Assembly (NCBI GenBank): GCA_002256025.1
Contig: NKIB01014476.1
Span: 1-43,074, forward strand
Length of the DNA stretch: 43,074 nucleotides
Source: Asterionella formosa
Lineage: Eukaryota
Direction: 5' to 3'
Part shown: piece after piece, positions 22,680 through 35,234 of the stretch
Position numbering within the stretch: position 1 is the stretch's first letter
Layout: each line of letters opens with the position of its first letter
The notes under the pieces: model-generated
The model's input: only the letters and a program-made list of their open reading frames with translations
The model's database searches: none
Told to the model about the DNA's origin: nothing
Position numbers and translations under genes: made by a program

Positions 22680-23499
22680 ACAATGAACCCGCTGTTGAGG
22701 AGTAAGAGAAGCAGAGTGTTAGTGTTGCACTTAAACTTGACTCTGAGCAGGAATACAAGTCAAAATTGAAACAAAGTCTTAGTATCAAACACGGAGCAAA
22801 GGGTAAGAAGCAAGAAATACAATCAATGGCGCAAGAACACAACTTAACAGTTGAAGAGATCAATGAAAAAAGTTATTGAAGAATGGGAAAATAAACAAAG
22901 GGTCTGTTGTAGGTACTTTGGGAGTGTGGATATAATGATGAATTGAGATTGGAAAGCTACGTATTGAATGGAAAGCAGGATGAAATTGGATTTGTCCAGA
23001 AAGATTTTTCTTTGAAGTTGCCGATGGGAAACTGTTTTGATTTCGGGTAAGAGGAGACACCATTACAGTCAATAGGAAGGTAAATGGTAGTACTTGTTGA
23101 CCAAACTCCAAAATGTTGCTGAATTTGCAGGAGAGGGAATCGAGTATGCTTGGAGTTGCGCCAAAAAAATATTGCTGTCTGAAGAGGAAAAGGGGGAAAG
23201 ATAACTTCAGGTCTGTGGTGCAAGAGAGCATGTCAAGGGACAAAGCAAGTGTTAACAAGAAAAAGGATATGACATTTTCAAGTCAAAGAACAAGACAAAA
23301 TATGTGTGCATATGTCAAGATTTGGAAAGATCTTGATGAACAAAAAGATGACAGGATGATGACAAAGTTGACACAACACCTGAATGGGAACCCATCAGTG
23401 CCGAGAAGCTTGTCAAACAATTCAAAATACACCACTTTGCGTGCCCTCGATTTTGACACAACTTTCTGCAAGGCAAAATATGTCTATGACCTAACATAG
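22680..23499 (+). mobile_element. Pseudogenised IS630/Tc1-like (DDE_3-type) transposase C-terminal half
   Basis: Across frameshifts: VIEEWENKQ, LL*VLWECG, EETPLQ, QTPKC/EFAGEGIEYAWSCAKK (23101-23168), KRGKDNF, FSSQRTRQNMCAY and RALDFD. This matches the PKxHxELxxIExxW catalytic-Glu motif. Confidence 0.75.
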
Positions 23500-23994
23500 C
23501 AAAGAACAAACCAATGAAGCAAACAAGAAGCAAGCAACAAAATCAACAAACATGAATGATAAGAACAGATCAATGTTGCATAACTTAGTAAGGGGGGAAA
23601 TGAGCAGAGGGCATATAATGTATTTATATCTATATATAAAATAGGATATAGAACAACTATAGAGTCAATTTTGTGTGCACATCACAAATTTTTACTTTAG
23701 ATTATGAATTGCAAAATACCTCTACACCTGGTACATTGATCTTCCCAGATTTTTCCTCCAATGTAATCCCTTCGCGGTTACTGCATGCCTTCTCCCATAC
23801 CGGATGGCACTCGTACTGCCACTCGTACGGTCAACCTACACGCGCCACCCATCATCGAACACCTGTGTTATATACCGGTACTTGCAGGCAGGAGACCACC
23901 TCGGGCGTCTATGTACCGGTAGTGCCTACAGTAACATTATCAGAGCTCATATTCAGACTTGAAAGGCGAACGACAAACTCTGTTCGGCATCATC

Positions 23995-26271
23995 ATGGTA
24001 GCGATGACGATGCTTCTGCTACTGTTTATAATCTGGCCATCACAGGTATTTTCCTTTGCCCTGCATCCAGCAACTTCGAGTTCGCCTCAATCGCGCCCTC
24101 TGAACTTTATTCGTTCCATGGTGCATGCCAATGGTGCAAACGGTGCAGCAGTGGCCTCTGCCAATATTTTTCAAGACTATCGCAAACCCATCGTGTTGCT
24201 GGGCTGTTCAAGCGCCGCCGGCGAACTGTTACAATTGGCCAGGTCCCTTGCTTCGCAAATCTCTGGATCGGTTGTTGACGCCGATCTGTACAAAGGGACG
24301 ACCTTTCCAAATGTTATCGTCTTGGATTTCACAGACAAGGACTACACTGAGATTTCAAAATCTATTTATCAAGAAGAAGACATGCTTTCTATCTATGTCA
24401 ATGTACAGCAGCAAGGTCAAGATAGGGAAGTTGACGTGTTCGTCCCGTACTCAGATTATGAACTCTGCATCAAGGACGAAGGCAGCGATATGGGGAGCGA
24501 CGATTGGCGACACGTTGAATGGGAACTTTCTCGGCTGGTTGCTCGTGCGTTGCTACCGCCTGCCATTCCGGGGGATACGTCACAGTCGGTCAACTCGGCC
24601 CACCTCACCATGGGCAGTCATACCTTCTTTCTATCGCTCAGCTTTCCCGATATTAGCAACGTTGAACCATACACCGAAGCCATGTGCAGAGATATTGATG
24701 CCATGGAGTACCGCACGGATCTACTGTCATGTAGGGATTCGAGGTTTGACTTGATCTACGGGCAGCAGCTTCTTCGCAAGTACTGCCGGCCTCATGCCGT
24801 CAGGGTCCCTGCCTTGCCTTTCGGTGGGAGCGTGTTAGAAGACGTTATGCCGATTGTGTACACGGTAAGAACGCGGAATCAAGCGGGCACGTATCCAGAT
24901 GATGCCGAGGGGATCGATAAAATGTTTAAATTGTTGGAATGGGGTCTGAGATCTGGAGTAGAAGTCTTGGATGTAGAGAGTGCTTGGGATCCGAGTAAGA
25001 CAGACGCATTGCTGGATTTGGCAGAAAGACGATATTCAAGCCAAATTCTTGGATCTCACCATGTCGTTGGCAAGGAGATTGACCTTGAGGACGCTGTCGA
25101 ATTGTTTGAAAAATGCGCTTTGGATGGTCGAGCACATGGTGCTAAGGTTGTCTTGAGTATTGACAATGCCGACAAAGATCGAATGGCATACGAAGCCGCG
25201 TTGATTGCTGCTAGTTTAGCACAGTCCGAAGGCAAGCCAGTCATACCCAACATTTCACTGATCCTCGGCGATGTCGGACAGTTTTCCCGGATCATTAATA
25301 TCCCTTTTACGCCCGTCACCCATGAATCCCTCCCGGCAAAGGCTGCCCCTGGGCAGTTAACAGCAAATGAAATCATGGCGACTCGACTAATTACCCAGAT
25401 TTTTGACAAAAAAACGTTTGCCATTTTGGGGCACAACATTGCGTACTCTGTCAGTCCACAAATGCACGGAGCTGCATTTTTAGCGACTCGACTGGCCCAC
25501 GATTATCGCCGGGCAGATTTAGCCACCGTAGAAGAGTTCGTCGAGTCTCCTTTTTTCACTAGTGCTGATTTTGGTGGATGTTCGGTTACAATTCCACACA
25601 AGCAAGCCATCATTCCCTATGTGGACATTCTCAGTGATGCTGCTCGCGCGATTGGTTCTGTCAATACACTCATTGTCAAGCAAGAATTTGGTGACGATGA
25701 GCTCATTCGCGTCATTCACGGCGATAACACCGACTGGAAAGGCATCGTCAATCCCCTTAAACGCAAATTGCAAGGGTCATCAGGTGGATATGCTCTCATT
25801 CTGGGAGCAGGAGGAACTGCACGTGCTGCCGCGTACGCGGCAGGCAAGCTAGGCCTAGAACGTATTTACTACAACCGAACTCCGGAAAAGGCGACTGACC
25901 TGGTGGAAGCATTTGGTGGTACCCTTGTCACGAATTTGGATGAATCAGGTGCACACAGTCTGGGCGAAGCCTTGCAGGGTGAAGTTCTCAAGGTTGTTAT
26001 CAGTACTTTGCCTGCTGCCGCCGAGTTTGAGTTGCCCGAGTGGATCGTCCCAAAGTGTCCTATTGTTTTCGATGTGAACTACAAGCCATATTACACCAAA
26101 TTGCTGCGTCAAGCCGAAAACAATGGCTGTCATATAATTCGTGGCTCTGAAATGCTCTGGGAACAGGGTGCTGTTCAGTTTGAACTTTGGACAGAGCGAA
26201 CTGCTCCTTATGCAGTCATGAAAGGTGTTGTTCTGCACAACTGCATCCCGGAGGAAGATGCCTTTCAATAA
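23995..26271 (+). CDS. Probably plastid-targeted type I 3-dehydroquinate dehydratase / shikimate dehydrogenase with an N-terminal degenerate shikimate-kinase-like domain
   Basis: Signal peptide [18 protein letters not shown] followed by a Ser-rich transit region. DHQase I motifs EYRTD, YTVRT..QAG, GSHH, AKVV and AAPGQL. SDH motifs [27 protein letters not shown] and LGAGGTARA. Confidence 0.93.
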   Translation: MVAMTMLLLLFIIWPSQVFSFALHPATSSSPQSRPLNFIRSMVHANGANGAAVASANIFQDYRKPIVLLGCSSAAGELLQLARSLASQISGSVVDADLYKGTTFPNVIVLDFTDKDYTEISKSIYQEEDMLSIYVNVQQQGQDREVDVFVPYSDYELCIKDEGSDMGSDDWRHVEWELSRLVARALLPPAIPGDTSQSVNSAHLTMGSHTFFLSLSFPDISNVEPYTEAMCRDIDAMEYRTDLLSCRDSRFDLIYGQQLLRKYCRPHAVRVPALPFGGSVLEDVMPIVYTVRTRNQAGTYPDDAEGIDKMFKLLEWGLRSGVEVLDVESAWDPSKTDALLDLAERRYSSQILGSHHVVGKEIDLEDAVELFEKCALDGRAHGAKVVLSIDNADKDRMAYEAALIAASLAQSEGKPVIPNISLILGDVGQFSRIINIPFTPVTHESLPAKAAPGQLTANEIMATRLITQIFDKKTFAILGHNIAYSVSPQMHGAAFLATRLAHDYRRADLATVEEFVESPFFTSADFGGCSVTIPHKQAIIPYVDILSDAARAIGSVNTLIVKQEFGDDELIRVIHGDNTDWKGIVNPLKRKLQGSSGGYALILGAGGTARAAAYAAGKLGLERIYYNRTPEKATDLVEAFGGTLVTNLDESGAHSLGEALQGEVLKVVISTLPAAAEFELPEWIVPKCPIVFDVNYKPYYTKLLRQAENNGCHIIRGSEMLWEQGAVQFELWTERTAPYAVMKGVVLHNCIPEEDAFQ

Positions 26272-26707
26272 TCTCTTGTTATCAGATGAACAAGTGAGCT
26301 AGCTAGCTACGAGTAATAATGGGTACCACTCAACTGAAACTTGAAAATGCTGGTGTTGCAAGATTGGTGATCAGAAGATGTGCTCCTTTAACAAATAGGC
26401 ATCCATGAAACAGCTATAAAAAATTTTGAATTCATGGATTTAGCTGTTTCATTTTTGGCAATCTTGACAGCATTCAATTCTATTTGTTTCTTACTCCTAA
26501 ATGACATATTCATGTAATTCTGTTGGCTCCCTTCATGGGTTTGGCATCCTTACAACGTTCACCTTGTATTGGCGAAAGGCTGGTATGTCAAGTCCAATAA
26601 ATGGTAAAAACAACTCTGGATAACACTCCAAATTCAAGGTGTTCTTTTAAAAGTTGTGGAAATATCATCCAAAACAAGGTATGCTCTGTATTAGGCTTTG
26701 TTTACTT

Positions 26708-26920
26708 CCCAATACAAGGTGGCCACATTTTGCAATTCAAGGTTGCCCCTATAATGGGTTTTTGGCTGTACTATGTCACGTCCCAATACAAGGTCATAAG
26801 TTCCAATACAAGGTGATGATATTTTGCCATTCAAGGTTGCCCCAGTATTAGATTTTGGCGGTACTCCGTCATGTCCCAATACAAGGTGACAATATTTTTC
26901 AATTCAAGGGCAACCCTTTA
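26708..26920. repeat. Tandem repeat, ~74-bp unit built on CCAATACAAGGT / ATTCAAGGTTGCCCC
   Basis: CCAATACAAGGT occurs at about 26709, 26783, 26803 and 26876, with an inverted copy ACCTTGTATTGG at about 26560. Confidence 0.85.
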
Positions 26921-27943
26921 TTGGTCTATAATCCTAATAAAGTGTACATATGATATCATAGTAATGCATATTGATTGAAAAATCTTCATTTTTGGTTTAT
27001 ATGACCATTCAGTTATATATATATACTTTCAAAATTTTCCAAAATTTGGCTTTGTGTCCATAATCCATATTGATCATACAAAACCGTCATTTTTTTGTTT
27101 CATATGATCATACAGTTTGTAAACATTCAAAGTTTTCCAATGTGTCTGGCTGGCATATATCTTGTCACTCAAATTATCTTTTACTGACTGTGTATAGCAT
27201 ACATACTGGGACATCACTGAGCCAATGCAGTTTATTGACATCACAAAAATAATAACTCCAAGTTATTTCATATCCTGCTTTAGAATGATGTGCAGCAACA
27301 ATTTTCTCACTGTTTCACTCATCTCCAGCTGAACAGGGGATGCGCACAATCATAGATAAGGTGCCATGTTTAAGCAATTGAAATTTTACCTCGCCATAGC
27401 ATGTAGTAGGTCCTGCAACTTTCTTGGACTTGATGAATAATTATGTGTGCATTATATCTCACCTATCATCGTGATCATCATGATTATGTTGATTCAGGAG
27501 TAATTCAGAAACAACATTTCTCTCTCTCTCTCAGTGCTCCTTTCGATTTAATTGAAGGATCCTCGGTGAATTGTTGAGTGATTGGAAAGGAAACAATCAA
27601 CACAACTTGTTTCATGCAAAATGATGAAATTGGATAAGTTTTGTTGTTGTATTGTTCATGCATGCTATTTCTCAACCATGCTCTTGGTGCTTCTGTCATT
27701 GAAGCACTTCACTGTCAAAATCTCTCTCAGTGCTCCAAGACGCTTTGATTGGTAAAGGATTGCTGAATTGCAATGATGGCAATGCTGGGGCTCAAGAACC
27801 AACAGATAATTCAAACTCTTTTCCGAAATACTGTATTGCTGTAGGACTCTAAAATGTATTCGTTTCTTGTTAAAATAGCAAAAGAAATTTGAATATTTGT
27901 AAAAGAATATAGTATTATAGATATTAGTTTGCTATTAACCTTA

Positions 27944-29161
27944 AGGTTGCTGCATTTGAAACCCTAGGCAAAAATTAAAATGTTGCTTAGGGTTGCCAAA
28001 ATTTCCTGGAATTAAGAATTTTATTAGCTATTTTTGAATGACGTGATTCCATTTGAAATATTTAAATCGTGAAAATTTGCGAATACGTACATAGATTCCT
28101 TTTCAAAATCGATAGATATATATGTAAACATTGTACATTGCTGAATTTACATATACCCTAAAATGCGATCAACATATATGCATAGACACTTTATACTCCG
28201 ATTGACTATTTCATGTGCTAACAAAAAATCCGTTTGACATATTCAAATCACTGCATATCTATAAATTTGAATTCTACATCGCTTTATATGTATATACTGG
28301 TAGTACTAAAATCTATACTCCAATTGACAACTATTTGTCATGCATACAACCCGTCGGCTCAGCAAATATTTGAAAGTGCACTCAAGGAGTGGTACGCTTA
28401 TGTCAAATGATGATCATCTACTGTTTCCCATAGTTAATATAGTACCAGACTGTCAGTACACCGAAGAAAATGTTACATCTTTATCCCATGTGGCCGGCAT
28501 GGGTTTGCAAGACCTTGTAAACTGGGACAATCAAACGGAGGAATGTAATTCACGTTCACCAATCATATTATGTGGAAGCGGCCACTGACAATGGAATTTG
28601 TTGGACAGGAGATTTTAGCACTAAAAATTCCGGCACATGACTACTATTCCGATGATGATGTTTTGGCTCATAGTAGTTCTGATTCCGATATTTTGGCAAC
28701 TGAAGAAAAGGCCGCCGATTTTGTCGAATTTTTGGACAACAATAGCTCAACGTTGGCTGGGGCTGAAGGTGATTTAGATACATAGGGAACTTTCAAATAG
28801 CATCAGTATATATATAACTTCTGGCAAGAAACTGCAGAAAGGAACTTCGTTTTTTACTATACCAAATAAACAGATGCCCCCCGAATTTTCGAGTCTTTTC
28901 ATATTTTAAAACCGCAAGTTCCTTTCTGCAGTTTCTGACCAGATCCTATGTACTGACAAAACGTAGAGTGGACCTACACCCCTACTTTATCCGAAGACTG
29001 TATGTATATACCGGTAAGCATATGGAAAGGTGTCTATTGCTGAAAGCGCAATTGAGCATTACACATATTTGATTTACGTGAAACGAACGTGTTTGATTAG
29101 TCTGACTCAATATTTTGTTTTTAAACCCTACCTCGAGCTAGGGGTTCAAATGCAGCAACAT
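27944..29161. mobile_element. Non-autonomous TIR element, ~1.2 kb, possibly PIF/Harbinger (Tourist-like)
   Basis: AGGTTGCTGCATTTGAAACCCTAG (27944-27967) is the inverted match (22/24) of 29138-29161. The left flank is TTA. The same right end recurs at 41836-41869. Confidence 0.75.
28803..28956. repeat. ~150-bp foldback / mini-MITE nested in the TIR element
   Basis: 28820-28847 and 28916-28943 are inverted repeats (26/28), with imperfect extension on both sides. Confidence 0.85.
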
Positions 29162-29555
29162 CAAAATGATTACCGGTATGTACCGGTATCTTGATGCAAT
29201 GTAATCCAAATCGACATTTCTTGTAGGGGCACGTACCGGTAGTATATTTGCTATACAAAATACAGTTTTGAGGCCTCCTGATGATGTCGAGTCAAAAAAT
29301 CGAACAAAGATTCGATGTTTATTATTAATACCGGTATATAAATAATCACTTTTTACCGGTAATAACTGGTTAAGGCATCAAGGTATCGGTAGTACCAGGT
29401 ATGGTACCAGGTACTCTACCTGGTCCTCATCATCAGTGTTCTTAGTATCTTGCTTATTTAGGCTGTTGTTGCAATCTTTACTGCATCTTAGAGGCTACTG
29501 GTATCCTTGTGTAATAATGTAACACAGCTTCATATATGCCCATATCATCAGCGAA

Positions 29556-31102
29556 ATGAGCTCGAAAAGTTCTGATCCTGAAAAGGGAGAAAGCGATCCA
29601 TTGATTGCCGGAAAGGAGGATGCCGACGGTCTTGCCCGACATGGAAGCTTTCAGGATGATGCCATGGACACTATCAAACTTGGAGTGCCAATCTTCATCA
29701 CCATGCTCTCTTGGGTGGGAGTACGTATAGAACCATAGGAAACCTTGAATATCCCATGTATGGCACTGCGATCGCATGGGCTCTAATTTACGATTTGTCT
29801 TTTGCAATGCAGATGAAAACAACAGATAGCGCCCTCTTGGGACACGTTTCGGCGGAAGCACTTGCAGCTTCGTCGCTTTCTGATCTTTGGACCATGTGCT
29901 CTGCAGTTCTGATTCAAGGTCGTGTCCTGGGAATCTTGGTGGGTGCTGCTGTCGGAGCCGGTAACCCAAAGTTGGCCGGGATCTACTTGCAGGTTTCCTA
30001 CCTGGTTCTGAGTATTCTAGCAGTCGGAGTGTTTGTAGCATGGAATTTCACAGAACAAGTATGGGTTACCTTTGGAACTGACCCTGTTACTTCTCGTGAC
30101 GCTGGCTATTATGCCCGTGTCCTCTCAATCAGCATTCCTGGATTGGTTGCTTTTTCCCAGCTTAGTCAGTTCTTCTCTGCGCAGCGAATTATGTATCCTG
30201 AACTCAATGCTTCCAGTGCCGCCTTACTTTTGAACCTTGTTTTTGGCCTCATTTTGGTTTTGGGTGTTCCTTTCCCGAATTTTGATGGGTTTGGTTTTCA
30301 GGCTTGTCCCATTATTACAATGCTTTGCGTTTACGTTCAGTTGGCTGTTGTCTATTTTATCTATGTCAAAGGTCAACGTCTCCATGAACCGTGCTGGGGT
30401 GGTTGGTCTTGGAATGAGATCACATATGATCGTGTTAAGACATTTTCCGCTCTGTACTTCCCTTCGGCGCTGGGTACTGCAAGTGACTTTTGGCGCGTCG
30501 CCGTGATTGGAGCGGTAGCAGCCAACCTCGGAGAAATGGAGGTGGCTGTTTTCAACACTTCTTACCGTATCATGTGGATCACCTTGATCCTCATTAATGC
30601 ATTGTCGAGTGCTTCCGGAATCAAGATGAGCATGCGTTTGGGAAAGCTCAACCACATCGGAGCAAAGCAGGCTGGACATGCTGGTTTGGCGCTGTGCTTT
30701 ATCACTCTATGCGTTGTATCATTACTTGTCCTCTGGCAAGCACGGACGCTTGGCGCAATATTCACTAATGACGAGGAATTTCTCCAGTTATTCGACGAGT
30801 GTAGGGTGCCCTTCACTGTTGTTCTATTCTTGATGAACTTGTCAATCGCCATAGAGAAAATTCCTTACTCAATGGGACGTACTAGCGACGTATTCTGGAT
30901 GGGTGTGATTGCTAGTTGGGGATTCCAAGTGCCCGGAGTTTTCGTTTGCACCACTTACTGGCGCAACGACTTGAATGGCTTGTACTCTGGAATGGCAATC
31001 GGATATTTCGCTTTATGTATCCTCTATGGGATCATTGCCTTCAGCAGTGATTGGGAGAAGTACGCTCAGCTTGCCCGATCCCGGTCGGAGGCCAGCGAGT
31101 AA
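29556..31102 (+). CDS. MATE family efflux transporter, 2 exons (intron 29721-29812)
   Basis: LGVPIFITMLSW, DSALLGHVSAEALAASSL, GAAVGAGN, FFSAQRI, SMRLG and GLYSGMAIG, with about 12 hydrophobic segments. A phase-0 GTACGT...TGCAG intron joins the two ORFs. Confidence 0.93.
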
Positions 31103-31158
31103 TATTTGTCAAATAGATTGTTTGGTCCACACTAATCACCATCCTAGCAGGTCAGTCT

Positions 31159-34100
31159 TTACAGATACACAGCACGTTGCATCGATTTCATCCATGGTTC
31201 ACAAACGAGATGTCCCTGAAGTCGTTTGGTGTTCAATATCTCGTGGGCCTTAGCCACCTTGCTTAGGGGCATGCGATCCAATATTTTAGGCTTGATCACC
31301 CGCTTCTCAAGGAGGTTGATGAGGTGGCAAAGGTCTCTCTTGCAGTTTTCGGTGTCGTTGTCCCAGTTTGCATAGACGTCATAGATGTGAACTCTTGTCG
31401 CTATTGTTGATGATTTTGTCGAGCACATTAGTTTACTTGTTGGCGACAGCTCCGATATCATATCCTTGATTTCCTTAGTCGCTGTTCCCATGAAAATGTA
31501 TTCCCATTTGTGGTTATTGAGAGCCTTGACATGAAACTTAGATTCGCCACCAAAGCCTGCAGATGCATCAACTATCATATCGATTGTGTCGACTTGGTGA
31601 GGAACCCATTCTTCCATCTTCCGGCTCAAGGGTATGGCACCGATGCGACACAATGCTTCGTTTTGCTTCGCCTTGCCTGTTCCATAGACAATGGTCGCAT
31701 TAGCTTCGTTTGCTAGCTCAACAACGGCGCGTCCCACATTTGAAAGGGCTCCGATGACGACAATTGATCTGCCAGCCAGTGAGTCCTTTCTATATCGAAG
31801 TCCTGTTCGTTGTCCATGATGAATAGCCTGAAATGCTAACAAGTATGTCTCGGCAAGGCAGACGGCTTCAGCTGGGTCAATACTTTCTGGAACCCGCAGA
31901 AGTTGTTCTGGACCCATTCGCATGAATCGAGAATTGCCTCCATATTTGATGAGCGAGATAACTCGATCGCCTTTCTTCAACTTATACTGTTTGGCAATCC
32001 TGGTATCGATTGTGTGCACCTTTCCAACAAGATCAACTCCGGGTGTGTATGGAAGGGTCAATTGCCCCTCTTGCAACCAGCCATTTCTTCGGGTTTGACA
32101 ATCAGTGTTCGAGATAGTTGAAGCCTACGAAAGAAGCAGTATGAGTCACGCTTAATTGTGGTGGAAAGCACATGTATTTCATTACAGCTTACCTCAATCT
32201 TTATGAGTACATGATTGGGCAATGTTCGGATAACAGGAGGGCGTTCGTAGGAAATAACTTTAGCGAAGTCGCTGGGACGTTCTCCAAACTGGGAAAATCG
32301 AACCTCCATGTGACAACCTGTCTCATACTCGTATGTGTACACCGATTGAGGTCCTCGTCGAGCTGTGAACTCCACGCTTGAGACAACATGAGGTCCAATG
32401 CGATCTTGCGAAACTGACCCCGCACATTTCGCAGTTACTGGTTTCTGTGAGCCTTCTTCGTCCGCAACCATTCTTATATCTGGAAAATACTGCAGGGATT
32501 TTACGTCTCCGCTTTCAAAGTGCTTTTTGATGCTACAACAAACTGCCCTGCTGAAGCGCCCTTGGTCAATGATTGACTTCTTTCCCGAGTCATTTATCGT
32601 GCTCCAACGTTCCAGTTCGTCATCACCCATGAGTGACTTGACTGTCGTACCTCCGTTTGCCTTCGAAGTCATTGGAACACCTGATTTTGGTTCTCGATTT
32701 ATGAGGAGCGACCCCTCTGATGATTCTTGTCTTATTGGGGCTGTTACATGACTTTGGTTCGATATTCTTGAAGGTCGGTACGAGCCAAGAAGGGATAATT
32801 TCGTCGATGCTTGGGGTCCACTTATAAAACCCATGTTATTTGCAATGATACCATCTTGACTTTGTGTGCTAGATTTCAAGGAGGTCATATTTGGTTGACT
32901 CACGACCTGGCTGTTCTCGTCAGTCTTTAGTTTTCGAGCCGGGGAGGGACGACTGAGATCATTCGTGCGCATCATGTCGCCAAGGGCAAGCTTTTCATCA
33001 GCTTCCAAGGCTCCTTCACCGAAGTCGGTGGACTCCATAGATTCATCACAATTGGTTGTCAGTGAATCCGAGATAGATGTATGATCATTGGTGTATGTGG
33101 TTTCGTCTTCAAAGTTCTTCTCGTCGTCAAAATCGAAAAACTTCCATAAATTCAGCACAGAAGGCGGAGCGGGCGCTGGTTCGTCGTTCTCAACCAATAT
33201 GTGATTGAAAAAGGCAAAGTCTAGGAGACTACTTCCATTATGCAACGGGATTTCTGTTTCATTTTCACTGCTATCCTCATCATCGATAGAGCTCGCTTGT
33301 CCAGCAAATTTAAAGGCTTCCAAAGGGCTATCGTCCCTTGTCAAAACTGTGGACAGGACTGGTTCCACATTTTTTCTTGAATTAATCATAGCATCTCCGT
33401 GTGGGTTCCTTACCTGCCTTTGGACTTCCGATACTGCCGAATTCTCGTCTATGCTCAATTGCTGATCCACTTGTTGGCTTTTTTCCTGTTTCTTTCGATA
33501 AACGCTCCTCTGACTCCCTAGTCTTGATAGAGAAAATCTTTTCGTCCTTGCATTTTCAATGATTACCTCAGCCATTTTAGGATTTTCAGTCGCCGTTGAA
33601 GTCGCCTCCGTCACTGTGTTTGGGACATTTGATTCATCTTCGTGAGTTTTTCCCGAAGGAAAAATTGCGGTGGATATTCGATCGAAGAAACTCCCATCCT
33701 GATGGGCAGGAGGATGCTGCGCGTGATTGGAATCCCTCCTTTCTTGCAGCGTTCCTTTCGATGAGGCCACTGATCCTACCGAACCTTTATCGTCTTGAGT
33801 GACCCCTTGTGATTTCAAGTTGTCCCGTTTCTCCGGCGAGGGTTTAGATTGATATTCTCCCTGAGAAATCGAAGAACCATCAAGCAAGCTCCAGATGCTA
33901 CTATCGTCGTCATTTTTTGTCGTTCCACCATCTTTTCTAGGAAGCACAATGGGTGTACTATTTTGCTTGCTTGCATTTGCTTGTTTGCTGTCATCTCTAG
34001 ATTTTCCTTCGTTGCAATTGTCCGACAATATACTCTCTGGAACATCACGCAACTCTCTGTTCTTTCGAAACTGGAAAGGCAATCTCCGTCCCGCTTCCCT

Positions 34101-34385
34101 AGATCGAGCAAAAGTAGAAAATAAAGGAGTATCATCATCTCGGGCATCTACTTGCTTTCTTAGCATACTTGAGTATTTTCCTTTTTTCAAGATTGGACGG
34201 TACATTTGGTTTCCTTCCTTCTTCACTGACCCATCGCCGAGATCTGCAAAAAAGTCGGCAAAGGTAAGCTCGGTGTCATCCTCGTGTCGTAGATTGAAAC
34301 GAACCCGTCTCCGAGCCTCTACCGGTTCTTCATCCACCATGTACCGCCATAAGGGATCTAAAGGAGTTTCGGCGTATGCTGCCAT
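31159..34385 (-). CDS. MDR-superfamily (quinone-oxidoreductase-like) protein with a ~690-aa low-complexity N-terminal extension, 2 exons (intron 32125-32192)
   Basis: The spliced product reads HVLIKIE|ASTISNTDC...LPYTPGVDLVG...KKGDRV...AVCLAETYLLAFQ...VIGALSNVGRAVVELA...PLSKVAKAH. The intron is a 68-nt GTAAGC...CGTAG. Confidence 0.85.
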
Positions 34386-35234
34386 TGGCTTGAGTCCTAT
34401 GAGCAAACCACCAAAGAATCGTAAGTGGAAGGAAGATGAGGCTTCTACTGAGCGTGCATAATCGTGTGTCGTTATGTTAAAAATAAATAAATGAAGAAAC
34501 ATCAAAAGACGACAATAAATTGTTGTACAATCATCATTTTCAACGGATGTATACTTCCCATCTATAATGCAGTCCTCATGTTGACTGTACTATGATTTAT
34601 CGATATGTGAAAGTATTCTGTGATTCTTGATGCGTTGAGATTTTTTGCTCGCTAGCCCAGTTGCCTTTGGCGCGGTTAGATATACTTCTCGTACACCGGG
34701 TATACTGCTCTGTAAGTATACCGGTAGTAAGTAGCTGGCGACGAACTTCGAATTTTCATCTCAAGATATAAGCAAGATTGTCCGGCGATGTTCGCGCAGC
34801 CTTAAAGTCCCTATGTAAATATGCATGATACATAGAATGTACTGAGGACAATGTCGCTATGACATATGTATGAAGTTATACGACCGGCATTTACATACGA
34901 TCAATTTCTATACATATATGGTGGTTGGAATACTGTACAAGGTTCCTGAAATATTCCGAAAATAAAAAAATGGTGTGTGTATCAAGCCAAGGAGTGGTGG
35001 TATGTCTGTGTTTTGGGCATTTCGTTGCAAGGAATTCATCTCATACATACTGATGCTATCAGCATTACCAACAAGCTTAGAAGGGTAGACTACCGGTATA
35101 TCAATAGAAAGTAGAAAGGATTGAACATTTCGTCTCTCCAAGAGAAAATTAACTCATCTTCATGAATAACCAGGGTAAGAAAACCTAGATGAAAATCTAA
35201 TTACTGGTAAAGAAGCAAGGATACAGAATGCCAC

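Noticed and set aside
26708..26920. CRISPR-like array
   Set aside because: The spacers are themselves repeated, the spacing is irregular, there are no cas genes, and the context is eukaryotic.
29711..29812. N-terminus of the 463-aa MATE ORF as given in the track
   Set aside because: It is mostly intron sequence. The true first exon is 29556-29720.
23995..34385. Metabolic gene cluster (shikimate enzyme, MATE, oxidoreductase)
   Set aside because: No signature biosynthetic enzyme. Adjacency alone is not evidence without co-expression or synteny data.
34386..34505. Signal-peptide-like start of the 815-aa ORF
   Set aside because: It is AT-rich UTR-like sequence beginning at a TTG. The Met at 34385 is the more plausible start, although the ATG at 34502 cannot be excluded.
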